A stretch of DNA of 64,000 bases from Takakia lepidozioides (taxonomy: Eukaryota > Plantae > Bryophyta), in NCBI GenBank assembly GCA_030704615.1, contig CM060732.1, positions 34,348,001-34,412,000 of the forward strand, in the 5' to 3' direction. Of the stretch, positions 49,802-62,229 are shown piece by piece; the stretch's first letter is position 1, and the number at the start of each line of letters is the position of its first letter. A model generated the notes under the pieces. That model did no database searches and was not told the DNA's origin. It worked only from the letters and a program-made list of their open reading frames with translations. The position numbers were made by a program, and so were the translations under genes.

Positions 49802-51651
49802 ATGTGCAAGAAAGCTATGAAGAAGGATGACGAGGAGAAGATCGCTTTTGACGCCTCTGCCGCTGTTTCCCAGCAGATGCAAAATCTTCTTAGCTCCTCT
49901 GATGTGGAAACTTTGAAGCACCACCAACATGTGGAAACTTTGAAGCACCACCAACATCCTTACATGTGCAAGTATGAAGAAGGATGACGAGGAGAAGATC
50001 GCTGCAGCACAAAATCTGATGTGGAAACTTTGAAGCACCACCAACATCTCATGTAAGTTTACCCCACACCTGACTAATTGTGGATCTGCAGTCTGAAACC
50101 CTGGTTGAAGAAATACCAGCTCTCAAGTGACCCACTGCACTCCTCACCCTTCTGTTGTGGCTCTGTGTTCGGAAATCAATGTTTGCCCAAAGATTTTCCA
50201 GACGTGGTATGAGCTGTTAAGTTTCTCATGTGATTACACTTCAAATTCTCCATGTGGTTTTCAATCGAAATCATGGCTTTTGAACGATTTGATAGGGCAC
50301 CTCACACGAGTTGTTTGGGAAAGCAACCCAACCCAACTGTGAAAAGGCCAATTGTCGACGAAGTTTCAATCCTTAAAAAAGATGAGCTTGCTTGGCCAGA
50401 TGGTCTGATCGTCCTCCATTTCTTTCTTCAGCTGTAAGTGGATTTACACTAAACTTGTAACTGGTGGAGTTAGATGAGGCGCTGGGTTGACATAAATTCT
50501 ACGCTTTCCCTCCAATTGGTGTTGGACTGATGCCTGAGCAGGTTTATTCAAATCATTCAGAGGGTCTCTTGTGATCCTAGTTAATGATTAGACTCAAGCC
50601 TGTCGCAGCCTGCTTTTGGGTGAGCTACAATTGTGCGAAATGGACTGTCCCCTCCACGTGGTGATTATTACAGATCCAGTTTTGAGGTAGCATGGCATTC
50701 TTGTCGGTCCTATTTTTCTGAAAGCTTTTGTGCTTTGTACATTTGTTGTAGATTGGGGAGGCTGCAGGATAGCAATGCGGTCTTGGCGCATTTCAATGAC
50801 TTCTCAGAGCGCAGCTTTGCGGCAGTAGCTAACGATTTTTCTCACAATACGCGGCTTTTGAAATCCATGAAGAATGACTTGGACTATGTGTTCCGCAGAA
50901 TTGGGTAAGATCTTGTCTTTTTTTGCGTATCTAACTTGGGCTGCTCCTACCAGAGTTACGTATTTTTCAGGCCCCCCTTAACCAACCTTCTCTCTTCAAC
51001 TTCGTTGGACGATTGGAGAGACTACGAGAAAGTGGCCTTCATCCACCATGGAAGTGGCCCCCATCCTGCTCTCTACCATTCCCACATTTCTGCTTCAGTC
51101 AAGTTGGGGGAAGAGTCTCTGCCCATGAGGCTGCAGCAAGCAAATCTCCCAGTGTTTGGATCAAGAAATTTCCCATGTAGTGGATTCCCATTGGCCGTAG
51201 AAACTTTGGGTGAGACTTGTTTACCTTGAAAAGGTACAGATGATGACCAGCTCCATCCAAGTTAGCATCTGGCAGAAAGGGGATGCTGTAGCCAAGGTTT
51301 GCAAGATAACAGTCAATGAGTGCACATTGTGTCTCTCTCATGCAAATTGCTTTTAGAAGCTACGCATCAAATATCATGTCTCACAAAACACCTGTGAAGT
51401 AGTGAGGGAGGAGACGCTGATCTGGTCTCTAAACAATGATTCTTGACTTTGCACCCAATAAGGGCAAACAAAAATGGGAAGGTTGAGAATGGTGAGCACC
51501 ATGAAAGCAGAGTTGACAAAAAGAGAAGGGGTTAATGACATGTGGCAGGAGCTTGAAGGCTCGAATATCAAGTCAATACCCAGATGCATTCAAGGAAGGT
51601 GGAAGCACTCCAATTGCCGACCGACGGCCTGATCTTGACGCTTCCCAATAG
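49802..51651 (+). CDS. KXD1: KxDL motif-containing protein (KXD1/BORC subunit homolog); first coding exon internally duplicated
   Basis: Exons ~49802-50052, 50752-50904 (LGRLQDSNAVLAHFN...NTRLLKSMKNDLDYVF) and 51549-51651 (SLKARISSQYPDAF...DRRPDL). The duplications introduce a TGA at 49985-49987 upstream of the canonical donor. Confidence 0.8.
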
Positions 51652-52329
51652 CAGCCGTGAGGCTTGATCGATTTGTCCATCCCATCCAGCTCATGGACTC
51701 CTGAGTTTAGGTCCTCATCTACTTGACGACAGGCCTCCACTATTGCTCTCAAGAGAATGTGTTGATAGCCCAGCAGAAGGGGAGCCTATGGTGGAAGGTG
51801 ATATTGGTATGGTAGGAACCTCTCATAGTGGATCTATTTATTATACATTACACCTTACGACTGCTCACACTGAATGACTTTTACTACACAAAACTGCTAA
51901 AGGATTCAGAGGAAGAGAGGGAAGTTCATCTTGAAAGCTAGCGTGACTTGACGCATCCTAACATTGTATTAAGTTACAAGTTTAGTACATGACAATACCA
52001 AAGTTAACAAGCCGAGTAATCTTGGCATAATTGTGACATTTTCGTAGCCTTTGGAATCCAATAAATACCCCATAAACATATGCTAGTGTGAATAGGGCTA
52101 TAGAGGTTACAATTTGTTGGTTGGAACCATCAATAGCGGTTATTTTCCCTTTCATCGGATCTCTATGATGGGGTAAGGAGGGAGTCGGTGAGGGAGAGTG
52201 AGGGAGAGTAAATTGGCATGCCTGAAAAAAAATTGTACTTTCCTCATTCAAAGACTCTATATGAGGAGTCCATTTGATCACCCATGAAAGGTTCGGGCTG
52301 GGCTGCCCAGGTTTTCCCAGGCACTGAAG

Positions 52330-52965
52330 TTAAAACGACCTTGCTTTGCAACGGCAACGGCATGGAAGCTGGGGCTCCCGACAAATGACGTGGTAGCCTC
52401 TATTGAAGTGTGTTCTGCCAAAGGAGAACCACAACTGGCGACGAGGTTGGCGTTCGATGTTCCTCTTCAGCTGGGGAATTGGGAGGAACGTGAGAACTTC
52501 ACCATTTGCGAGATCGATGGAATGGATCTCATTTTGGGGATGACCTTTTTGAGCAAATCAGGAGCGGTCATAGATGGCCGCAAGAGAGTGGTCACGCTAC
52601 CATGTGGGAATGGTGGCGAAGTTTTACGAGTGTCGGAAACACCCAACCCAGTTGGAGGACGAATAAACGTGTTGTCAGCAAAGTAATAGGTCGTGGATGA
52701 ACCACACGAGCCCAGTTCTTGTTAACGTAAGACAAGTGGAGGGAGAAGACAATAGGGAGCCAAGCCCAGATTGGATCAAGGGGATACTAGGAGAAATATC
52801 AGGATGTGATGTCGGAGGATATACCAAGCAGCTTGCCACCGCGAAGAGGAGTTGACCACAAGATTGAGGTGATACCGGGATCGGAGCCGCCTGCCAAGGC
52901 GCCCTACCGGTTGAGCCACAGAGAGTTGGTCGAGCTGAAAACTCAACTCAAGGATCTGATGTCTG
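52330..52965 (+). mobile_element. Ty3/gypsy pol fragment (protease to RT N-terminus)
   Basis: DLILGMTFL and LPPRRGVDHKIEVIPGSEPPAKAPYRLSHRELVELKTQLKDL; truncated, with stops. Confidence 0.88.
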
Positions 52966-53339
52966 AGTGGGTGCTCAGAGGAAGCATGATTATTTGTTCT
53001 AGAGGCTATGCAGGCCTATACAAATAGCACTGCAACCACTCTTAGAGCAGGAAATTAGCACTAAAGATTACAACTCCAATCTTGTCCCACCTTTTTTTTC
53101 TTTTGTTTTTTCATTATTCATGGATTATCCTCTTTCAATGTAAAAGTAACCATGCCATGCCATGAGGCACCAAGCACAAGCCTCATGGATGCCCAACAAA
53201 GGAATGAAGAAGCTTTACAAATAGAGATCATTGTTTCCTACAAACTGATGGAAGTTAGAAATGAGTTTTGTGATGGACTGTAGTGGAACCTCTCCTGCAA
53301 GAAAATCTAATCGAAAACTTGCCTAAACTTTTGCACTTA

Positions 53340-55016
53340 AACTAGGAGACCCACCGAGTAGTATTTGGGAATCGAGGTGGAAAGCAATCATGAAGGAATG
53401 TCCATGTGTGTTGCTTCATATTATACATTAAAACTACTTGTGGCTCTGAAGAATCTGATCTACTCCACCAGAATATGAGATTGTCAGGGCTCACCCCTCT
53501 CAAATAGGACCCCCGCGATTCTCTACAAGCTTTGGACAAATACCACCATTATAGTAGGGCATATGTATATCAACTTTAGTCCACACCCCGGTGTCAATGT
53601 CACAAGCCATCAAATTGTAGTCAATCAAATGCTCTATTGTACAAATCAAAGCAAAGAGAGTAGGGCCACATATCACACTTTCTGTACAACTATCAACACT
53701 ACCACGTACTGTGGGTATCTTTCCAGTCTCGGTCCAACACTCGCAAATTGAGTCATATATTTGCGTTCTCCAAAGTCTCATGTCGCTGCTAGACTCCAGT
53801 GATATGATAACGACATTTGTAGGTGTTGGTGCATCTATCCACAACCATATATACTCTTTGAATGACGTAACGTGGTGGACTGTGAGGCGGGGCGGGTAAT
53901 TGTTTGTAACTGTTCCACAAAGGATTGTACACAATCTGTCGCGCACCTCACTTCGGTAAGCTCCCCTTCAAGTCATAGTTACTCGCTTTGATGCGCGCGC
54001 CTGACTCCCAACCTGGCCGCCCGGGCCAACTTGGAGCTTCGGCTGCTCACCGGGACATAACGGTCCCCCTTCGCTTCCCACTAAATCCTCCACCTATTTG
54101 GGACTAGGAGAATTCCCTTTGGTAGATGGCAGTCCGGAACAGCTCCCCACTCTTTGGTCGCTTTCCGGCTCGCTCGCTTACTCGCTAGTTTTTGGTCACC
54201 AACGGGCTTGCACCATTCTCGGGATCACTACTCCCCTTATATATACTTCTGTAGCTGTCCGCGGGGGTTTCACAACCAGCCATGCCATTTTATGGCGAAC
54301 CACCACGAAAACCCTTGACTCCCGGTGATGAGTCGCGGTGAGTCTTGGCCCACTCACCACGGCCCCTATGGACCGTGATGAGTCCCAAGACTCCCCACGA
54401 CTCCCACCACGAGGTCTCCGCCCCCATGGTCAATCCTATGCCACCCCACTAAGTCCCACTAAGCTACCACCACCCCTTGTGGAGCCACCCCCACCACAAC
54501 CCGGTGTGCGGGGCTCCACCTAGTGAGCGCCTCCGCTTCCCTGAGTGCCTTGGGCACTCAAGGGTGCTTCAACCCCCCCATACCTATCGCTGCCGCTGCC
54601 CCCACCACAGGGGCAGACCCTCGTGTGTCCCGACCCCCTGCCCTCAAGGTAAAGGGCCGCGACACAATCCATGAAAATAAGGGCTTAAAGCCCTCAACCG
54701 TTATGCAAAATAAGCCTCCATCTGCAACACGAACTCTAGGGTTCAGTAAATGGACCGGGCAAATTGAGGCCGAACTTGTGCCGCCGTCGAGTTGTGGGGC
54801 AATACACCATGCAAACATTTGGCTGGAGGTTGCTGCCCATATATATGACAAGGGATTCTTCACGAAGAGGGAGGCGCTGACAGACTTGTTGGAAACAAGA
54901 GTAGATGGGAGGGAATTCCACAACTTGCAAACCAACTTACATCTTACAAGACTTTGATATGGCAAAAAGGCCAACACTACCGTCACTAACGCCAAAAGGA
55001 GCCTCTTCTCCTCCAT
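53340..55016 (-). pseudogene. F-box (kelch/FBA-type) pseudogene interrupted by a solo LTR
   Basis: F-box VLAFLPYQSLVRCKLVCKLWN and VADGGLFC. Removing the LTR restores WIVYNPLWNSYKQLP. Further frameshifts at ~53815 and ~53510. Confidence 0.8.
53937..54664. mobile_element. solo LTR, 728 bp
   Basis: Termini TGTCGCG...CGCGACA. Perfect 5-bp TSD CAATC at 53932-53936 and 54665-54669. Confidence 0.92.
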
Positions 55017-55678
55017 ATTGCCGAGGTGGTTTTGGTTACAAAACCTCTCCAATTCTGTTCTTGTGATCCGATCACGGAGCTTGGGGGAATGAAAAGAAGG
55101 GAAAGAAAGACTCAGCCTTGAGCCTCTGACAAATCATACCCATGAGCCCCACAATTGTAGGTGTCATTTTTTTACTATCAAAAGCCTCGCTCTTGCTTTT
55201 GGTATTCTGCTACTTCAACCTCCATTGCTAACCATCTCCTTCCTTTTTACTGTTTCTAGCCGTGCTTTCTATTTTGGTTGCTGTCCACAGCAACCCTAAA
55301 AAGGGTGTTCATGGAGATTTTCTTGGACGACTTCTGTAGAGGCTGCAATTGTGCAAGCCCAGACTGAGCAGCAACTCCAGAGAATGCCAAAAGCTCTTGA
55401 TGCTGATTCAGCAAAAGCTCTGATGTGGAAGAGAGCCCAACAATCGGCTCAATTCTCAGTAAGCACTCTTGTGTGACAAGACAAGCTATTTCATTCATCC
55501 ATCCTTATCGATGAAACATATGTCCTCCATCAAACAATCTATCCATCCATATACCTTTATACATCGAGAATTCATCTATACATTCATCTGGATAGGTTTA
55601 GTTAGTGGAGTGGTAAACTATGTGTTGACGCTTTCGAAGAGTGAGGAAGAAGAAGCGGGTTGGGAGACCCGCCATAGC

Positions 55679-55686
55679 TAGGGTTT
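55679..55686 (-). promoter_or_regulatory. telo-box upstream of PRP38
   Basis: TAGGGTTT ~60 bp upstream of the ATG. Telo-boxes are typical of plant translation and RNA-processing genes. Confidence 0.45.
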
Positions 55687-55744
55687 AAGCTTTACAAGGT
55701 TTAGACTTTAGACTCGGGGGCAGGTGGGCCGTGGGAGCTTGACG

Positions 55745-58700
55745 ATGGCTAATCGCACCGATCCCACAGCGCGGAGCGTACATGGAACAAACCCGCAGAA
55801 TCTCGTGGAGAAGATCTTGCGTTCCAAAATCTACCAGAATACTTACTGGAAGGAGCAGTGCTTTGGGCTGACAGGTCTCCTTCCATCCCTTGCCTTCTCT
55901 TTGTCTGTGTCCTTCACCGCTAACAGTTGATTCTTCTTTTTCTTGGCTTCTTCGTTAGTTTCCCGATGGGATCTGCGTGTGTCACTCTGAGAGCCACCGA
56001 GGGTGGCTATTTCTGTCTCTTGATTGGAGCCCTGTATCTTTCCCAGGGTTTTCATATTTTGTTTTACGACAATGTGGATGCGCATCTTTGAAATGCGGTG
56101 TTATTTAAGTCGTTTGAGCGGGGTACGAGGTCCTGGTGACAGTTTTCCAACATCACTTGTTGGAAATAGCTGCAATCATGTGTAATCTGCTTGACGTGCC
56201 CGGGGAAATGTATACCAAGAATGACTATCAATGGATATAATGTAAAAGGATGGGTTGCCTTCTCTTCTGAACAAGAGAGTTTCTCTGGAGAGCTGATTAC
56301 TCCTTTTGGAAAGCGGGGTGTGGGTTTTTGTGCTCATGCAGGACTTAGGTTGCTTTCTAAGAGTAATTTAACATCGTATAACGTCCAACCATCTCTGATT
56401 ATGCCTTGATGGCTTTATGGTATGCCATGCATGTGAATCACATTAGAGTTCCATTGAATGAATTGCTTTGTTTGTGGAGGGCAGCTGAAACCTTGGTAGA
56501 CAAGGCCATGGAATTGGACCATTTTGGGGGTACATTTGGAGGCAACCGGAAGGCCACACCCTTCATGTGCCTGACTCTGAAGATGCTCCAGATTCAACCT
56601 GAGAAGGAGATTGTGGTAGAGTTCATCAAGAATGAGGACTACAAGTACATTCTCTCTCTCTCTACAAATCGATGTGTGATTGTGATTTTAGAGCATTTCC
56701 CAGACAACTGAGTGGCAGTCATGTCACAAAAGTGCTGAAGCCTTACACCTTTTTAGTGGTTCACAGAAACAGCTAGAGGCTGTGTAAGGTTCATGTGAGC
56801 TTCCCTCTGAGAGATTGGGTATAAGTTGTCTCTGAGAGTTAATGTCTGCTTTTTGCAAGGTGTGTAATCCAGGGTTCCCATTTTTGAAGGGTGTGTGAAC
56901 CTTATTTGGACTTTAAATTGTCAATTTTTTCTCGAAGCAAATGAGTGTCAACGTCTCGGTGCTGATTATACATACTCGAATTCAGTGTCTTGTTTCATTA
57001 CACTTCGGGCAAAGTAGAAGTTGCCTTGCGAGAGTGTACACATAGTAAGTCAGGTTGTGACATGCCAGGTTTGGGAATGGTCAGATATGTGAGAATATTG
57101 GGCGCATTTTACTTGAGGTTGGTGGGGAAGCCAACCGATGTGTATCAGTATTTGGAACCCTTATACAATGACTATCGCAAACTGCGCCGTAAACTGGCAG
57201 ATGGTGGTAAGCGGATTCCTCCCCAAATTGTGTACTGTTGGGCTTACATCTATTCCTTCTAGCTGCTTTGGAACTGGGAAAGTGTTGCTGGGTTTTTGTT
57301 TTGAGAGTGCAGCAAGAAATCACCCCAGTTGTTGAAGATTTTGATCAGCTTTGAGCTGCTGACGTTTTGCATAATGGGCTTGGGTAATTGGGCAGGCTAC
57401 TCCTTAAATCATGTGGATGAGTTCATTGATGAGCTGTTGACAACAGATTACAGCTGTGACATTGCCTTACCTCGAGTTCCCAAGAGGTAAAGTCCATGCT
57501 GTTTGCAACTTCAGAGTTTCTCTTTTTCCTTAACGTGATCAGAAAGAGGTAAAATTGTACTCATTAAACTTCTGTGGCTTAGGCAGAGCCCCGGTTTTGG
57601 ATGGAGCAGAAAAGTGGGAATGGGTGGGAGGGAACGAGATGGGAGAAGAATGGGGCCATTACCGTCACTAAGCTTGCTCCATTAGTGGGAGCTACCTTTG
57701 TCAATAAGGTTGATTCTGGCCTTCCACATTTCCTCCCGATAGCAAGAAAGAAAAAGGGAGATGTGTACTCATTGATCATTCCCTGGAAACATGGTCCATG
57801 ATGTGCCCATGGAACACTAATCCTCCCAGAGTCGGATGTGGGGACATATGGATGGTAAGGATTGGCCATTTCCTTCAAAGGTTGGGTGTGGTATTCCAGC
57901 CAGTCCAAATCAACCCCGGTTGTCAGGCTAAAACCAGGGTCTGGAAATTCAGCCCGAAATTGCCTTAGTGCTCATTCATAGCATATGGCACTTGAGGTCT
58001 AGAGGATTGAGAGTCTGATGTACAGACTAAGGTCTTTCTTAGGAGGGAGCTGGTGAAGGCTGAGCCCAGCCAATGGGCACATCCCTCATAACATGTAAAT
58101 CCTGCATCACACTTTTTAGTCATTTTTAGTCGCTCCAGTTGGTAGGAACGTTGGGGGAGACTGATCGTTTGTGAAACACAATTTTGTCCAGCAGTGTTGC
58201 TATAGACACCAATTTTACTACAGGTGTGAGACTACCCATCATACCCCGTCTTACCAAGGGCAGGAAAGAAGAACAAAGAAATGTATTATGTACATGAAAG
58301 AGAGATACACTTCCACGACAATTGCTCAACTATCAGACCCTACGTCTCTTGAGCTCCCAGAGAAATCTTGGGTGTAGTCCTCATAAATAATGAGTGTTCT
58401 TTTTGTATCAGGGGTGAGACCTTGTTACAGCATCAGTACTAAAATAGCTAGTTGTGGTAACCAGATGCTGAAGAACCGGAACTGATGCAGAAGCCTTGGC
58501 ACAGGTGGACACTGGAGGCTGCTGCGCAGCTGGAACCTCGTCGCAGTGCTTTAGAAGATGATTTCGAGGAAGAGGAGGAGAAAGAGGAGGAGGTTGCTGT
58601 GAATGGGCTTGAAGCCCTGGACTTAGACAGAGTAATTGTTTCCCCATCCCATCTTCCAACTTCCTTGTAAGGAAGTGTGAATGAGAAGGATCTCTTGAAG

Positions 58701-60494
58701 ATTTGCATCATGTCCGTCATATCATAGAGGGGTAGTTTGGTGGCTACAAGGAAGCACCAAAAATTCATGGCCCTACAAGGCTGGAAACAAACTCTAGAAC
58801 CCCTGGATTAATTATACCCTCTGGTTTTAATCAACACAAATTCAAGGGGAAATAAGGGTTTCTACCTCAAAAGGTTCAACATTTTGGTATTACAGGCATT
58901 TTGATCTTGTGAAGGTATGCGCTGGCACATTCACCGTTCTTCGAGCACCATCACTTAGTTATCTATATTTCCAATGTTTGGAAGTGAAGGCTTTGTATGT
59001 AACAGCCTTGACAAATATTCTTTGTGGATTAAAGGATCATCGACGGAGCCGAAGCCCCGTAAAAGAGAAGGACCGCGACAAGGACAGACACAGAGACCGT
59101 CATCGCGACTACCGGTATGTTTGTCTCGTAAGCATCATAAGACTTAGCAATGGTCTGTGTCATTCCTCCTTGGTTCTCAGACAAGTCATTTTATGGAATC
59201 TTTATTGTGAAATTGCAGCCTGCTCTGCTGTTGCTATGTTTCATGTAGTTTGGAAATATGAGGAGTCAATGTGGCATGTGATGTGACTCTCTTGCAGTAG
59301 AGAGATACAGCTGCAGCTACGCCAACTGCATTACTTCCTAGAGCAAACAGAGTCCATTCACACCAGCAATTCTGCCAGGTTTCTCTGTGTTGCCAGTGCG
59401 CAGAGTGAGAAGTATGATGAGCTGCATGAGCTACATCAGAAAGTGTAAAACTGGATCTGTAACTGCACCAGTGTGGGGAGAGTAAATTGACTGTTTGGAG
59501 TTTGTGACTACCAAGTGTACCACTGAGACAACAAATAACCAGACAATGTTTCTTAAGAACAAGTATTCGCCCCTTCTCACATGGATCGCATGTACATGTT
59601 CCTTGCAGGGATAGGGACCGGGACAGAGATCGAGACCGCGACCGTGGTAGAGATCGAGACAGAGATCGGGACCGTGACTACTACCGAGATCGTGACCGCG
59701 ACCGTGAGAAGGATCGGGATCTTTATAGGGATAGAGATCGTGAGAGAGACAGGGAGTATCACCGTCGTGACCGTGACCGTCAAAGAGACAGGCATGGGGA
59801 GAGGGATAGGCGGAGGAGTCACTCTCGCAGTCGGGAGCGACGTGACAGGGAGAGAGACCGGGGCCAGCGCTCCGTTTCTCCTGTTGATGACCGTAAGAAA
59901 AGGTATGATGTGTTAATGTTATGAACGAAACAAGACTGCTGAGCCACACCATTCATGTCCGAATGATCCAGTGTACTATTCCATCTTTTGCAAGGCATCA
60001 GTTGCGCAAGCAGGAACTTTCTGTTTGATAGTGTTGAGCCACACCATTCATGTCCAAATGATCCAGTGTACTATTCCATCTTTTGCAAGGCATCAGTGGC
60101 GCAAGCAGGAACTTTCTGTTTGATAGTGTTGATTGTTGGAATTGTGGATTTGAACCCCTTGAGTCTCAGTGGGAAGTTAGGCAGTTCAGAGTTTTGCGAG
60201 TCGTCTGGTGAGAGGAAACTGCATGCGTGCAGAGATAAACCCTTTGTGTGTCGGCTGAGTTATTTCAATGTACTTGTGCCCAGTTCAACTCGACGGGGAC
60301 GGATGGAGGATGACGGCCCACTGGAGGATGGTGAGCACCGTGTGAGCCGGGAAGAGCCCGAAGCAAAGAGAAAGAAGAAAAAGGAGAAGGACAAGAAAGA
60401 GCCAGCAGCTGATGGGACAGACCATCAGGACCCTGAAATCGCTGAAGCAAATCGGTTGCGGGCTGCCTTGGGTTTAAAACCACTTCGCCCATGA
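55745..60494 (+). CDS. PRP38: pre-mRNA splicing factor PRP38A with RD/RS-rich tail
   Basis: Eight exons: 55745-55874, 56485-56644, 57085-57206, 57396-57486, 58505-58631, 59035-59114, 59609-59902, 60284-60494. Motifs MANRTD...HGTNPQNLVEKI, YWKEQCFGLTAETLVDKA, LGAFYLRL, LEPLYNDYRK, EANRLRAALGLKPL. Confidence 0.96.
59940..60131. repeat. ~95-bp tandem duplication in PRP38 intron 7
   Basis: TGAGCCACACCATTCATGTCC...TTTGATAGTGT at 59940 and 60035. Confidence 0.88.
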
Positions 60495-61982
60495 TCCTGT
60501 TAGTAAGGAGTTTCCACTACTCCAACTTGTTAGTTCACTGGTTGTGTTTCAGGGTTTCAGATAAGTAGGTAGAAGCTTGTTATCCGACTGGCAGACTATT
60601 GAGTTTCAACGATGTCTATTTTTGGGCCTCAAGATGTGGATGTCCCCTGTGAATTATCAGTAGAGGTTCTGTGTGCATCCTCAAGGAAACGGCATTTGTG
60701 TTAAGGTGGAAGTTCGACGTGTGCATTGATGTTGTGTAAAACAACAGTGCAGACCTGCACTCGTAACTGGTGGTAACCTTCAATCGCATCTTCAACTGGC
60801 TTACTCTCAACTCTTGAGCCATGCCCAACACCGTAGCTGGGCTCTATAGTCCTGAGCAAAGCAGGAGAGGGATTTTAACGAGGATACATTAAATGCATAG
60901 GAAGTTGGAGATAACCCAGCCTGGATGACGTACAACACAATTTCGTCCTGGGGAGCTGACAGACCACACACAGAACCCATCAGTATGCTAGAGCTATGAT
61001 TAATCGGATCATAATCCAGTGCAATACTGTGCACTTGAAGGAAGACAGTTGATCAAACACACGTTTTATTAATAGGAGAGTCTGCTGAGGCATACTTAAT
61101 GGGGTGTTGGGATGGGCCTGAAGGATGGCGGTCTCATTGTGTGCTACTCTGTGCTCTGAAATCTGTTTGCATCTCTCACTGACCAGCTTGCGCACTTGTT
61201 TGGTAATTTGAAGAAGAGTGATTCGGGGGTGCTTTTGTCTGCTTTTGTCTTGACCACCCACGCCATATGCCCCAATTACCCCAGCATAGGGTTAGAAGTT
61301 AGAACTCATCCGATTATGATCACAGGGCGTCTTCAAAGAGTTGATCTTTTCACCAAGGATTCATCCTGGAAGGCCACCCACAAGGAGCACTTGCTCAGTG
61401 TAGTGCCTGAACGCCCTTCCAAGCTGGGTGGACTGCACAGGGCTCTCTCTGTTGTAGACTTCAACCAAAAATGGCCATGGGGCCGGGAACTCTCAAACAT
61501 GCTCAGATATGTGGTTAACTCCCAGTCAGCCAGGCAGTTGTTCCATCATGTCTTTCAACGTGTCGATGAATGAAACTGGTATAGCCTTAGGCATTGTCAA
61601 TCTGACATATCAGGTATTGAAGAGCATGGTCCTTAGACATCAAGTAAATACCTGGCAGACCCCCCATCACGCGTAACGGCATAACTTTGCCCTAGCCCAG
61701 TGGATTCTCAATCGGTAACGGATCTGAGCAGCCCACTTGGCTGCCCAATCCACCGCACAAAAATCACTAAATTTGGCCGAAATCTGAAAAAGTTATTAAC
61801 AATCAAATGAACCTAAAAGCCCAATTTCGGCCTGGTGGGCGCTTAAGGATTAAATAGTTTGATACACTGCCCCGGATAAATACTGCCTCTATAAACCTCA
61901 AACAAGAAAATTTTACTCCCCGGACTTACTTATGCACACTAGCAAATGTCAAGTGTGTGTCTTTTTCCTTTTTTGTTTAACG

Positions 61983-62229
61983 GAAAGGAAACCTGGGAGC
62001 GACTGCTCACAATTCAGGCCCTTGAGGAGGGGAAAAATTAACCCCCTTTCAGATAAGCCATTAGGCACACATGATTAAGCAACTTATGGCTGTTTCGTGC
62101 TCCGTTAGTGACTGAAATGGGAAACGTCACCACCAGACCAACCGGTCACGAACGATCCACACACCAGGCAGGGCAGCGGGTTTGAACCCGGAACCACCAG
62201 GGCGACACACTGTGCACTTACCAGCTGAT
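61983..62229 (-). mobile_element. tRNA-derived SINE, family A
   Basis: The reverse complement reads TCAGCTGGTAAGTGCACAGTGTGTCGCC...GGGTTCAAACCCGCTGCCCTGCC...GTCGCTCCCAGGTTTCCTTT. Confidence 0.82.

Noticed and set aside
54098-54957. Proline-rich ORFs
   Set aside because: They lie in the GC-rich solo LTR or are antisense to the F-box sequence.
59431-59952. Low-complexity ORFs (IETEIG/HGRGHDL repeats)
   Set aside because: Alternative frames of the PRP38 RD-repeat exon.
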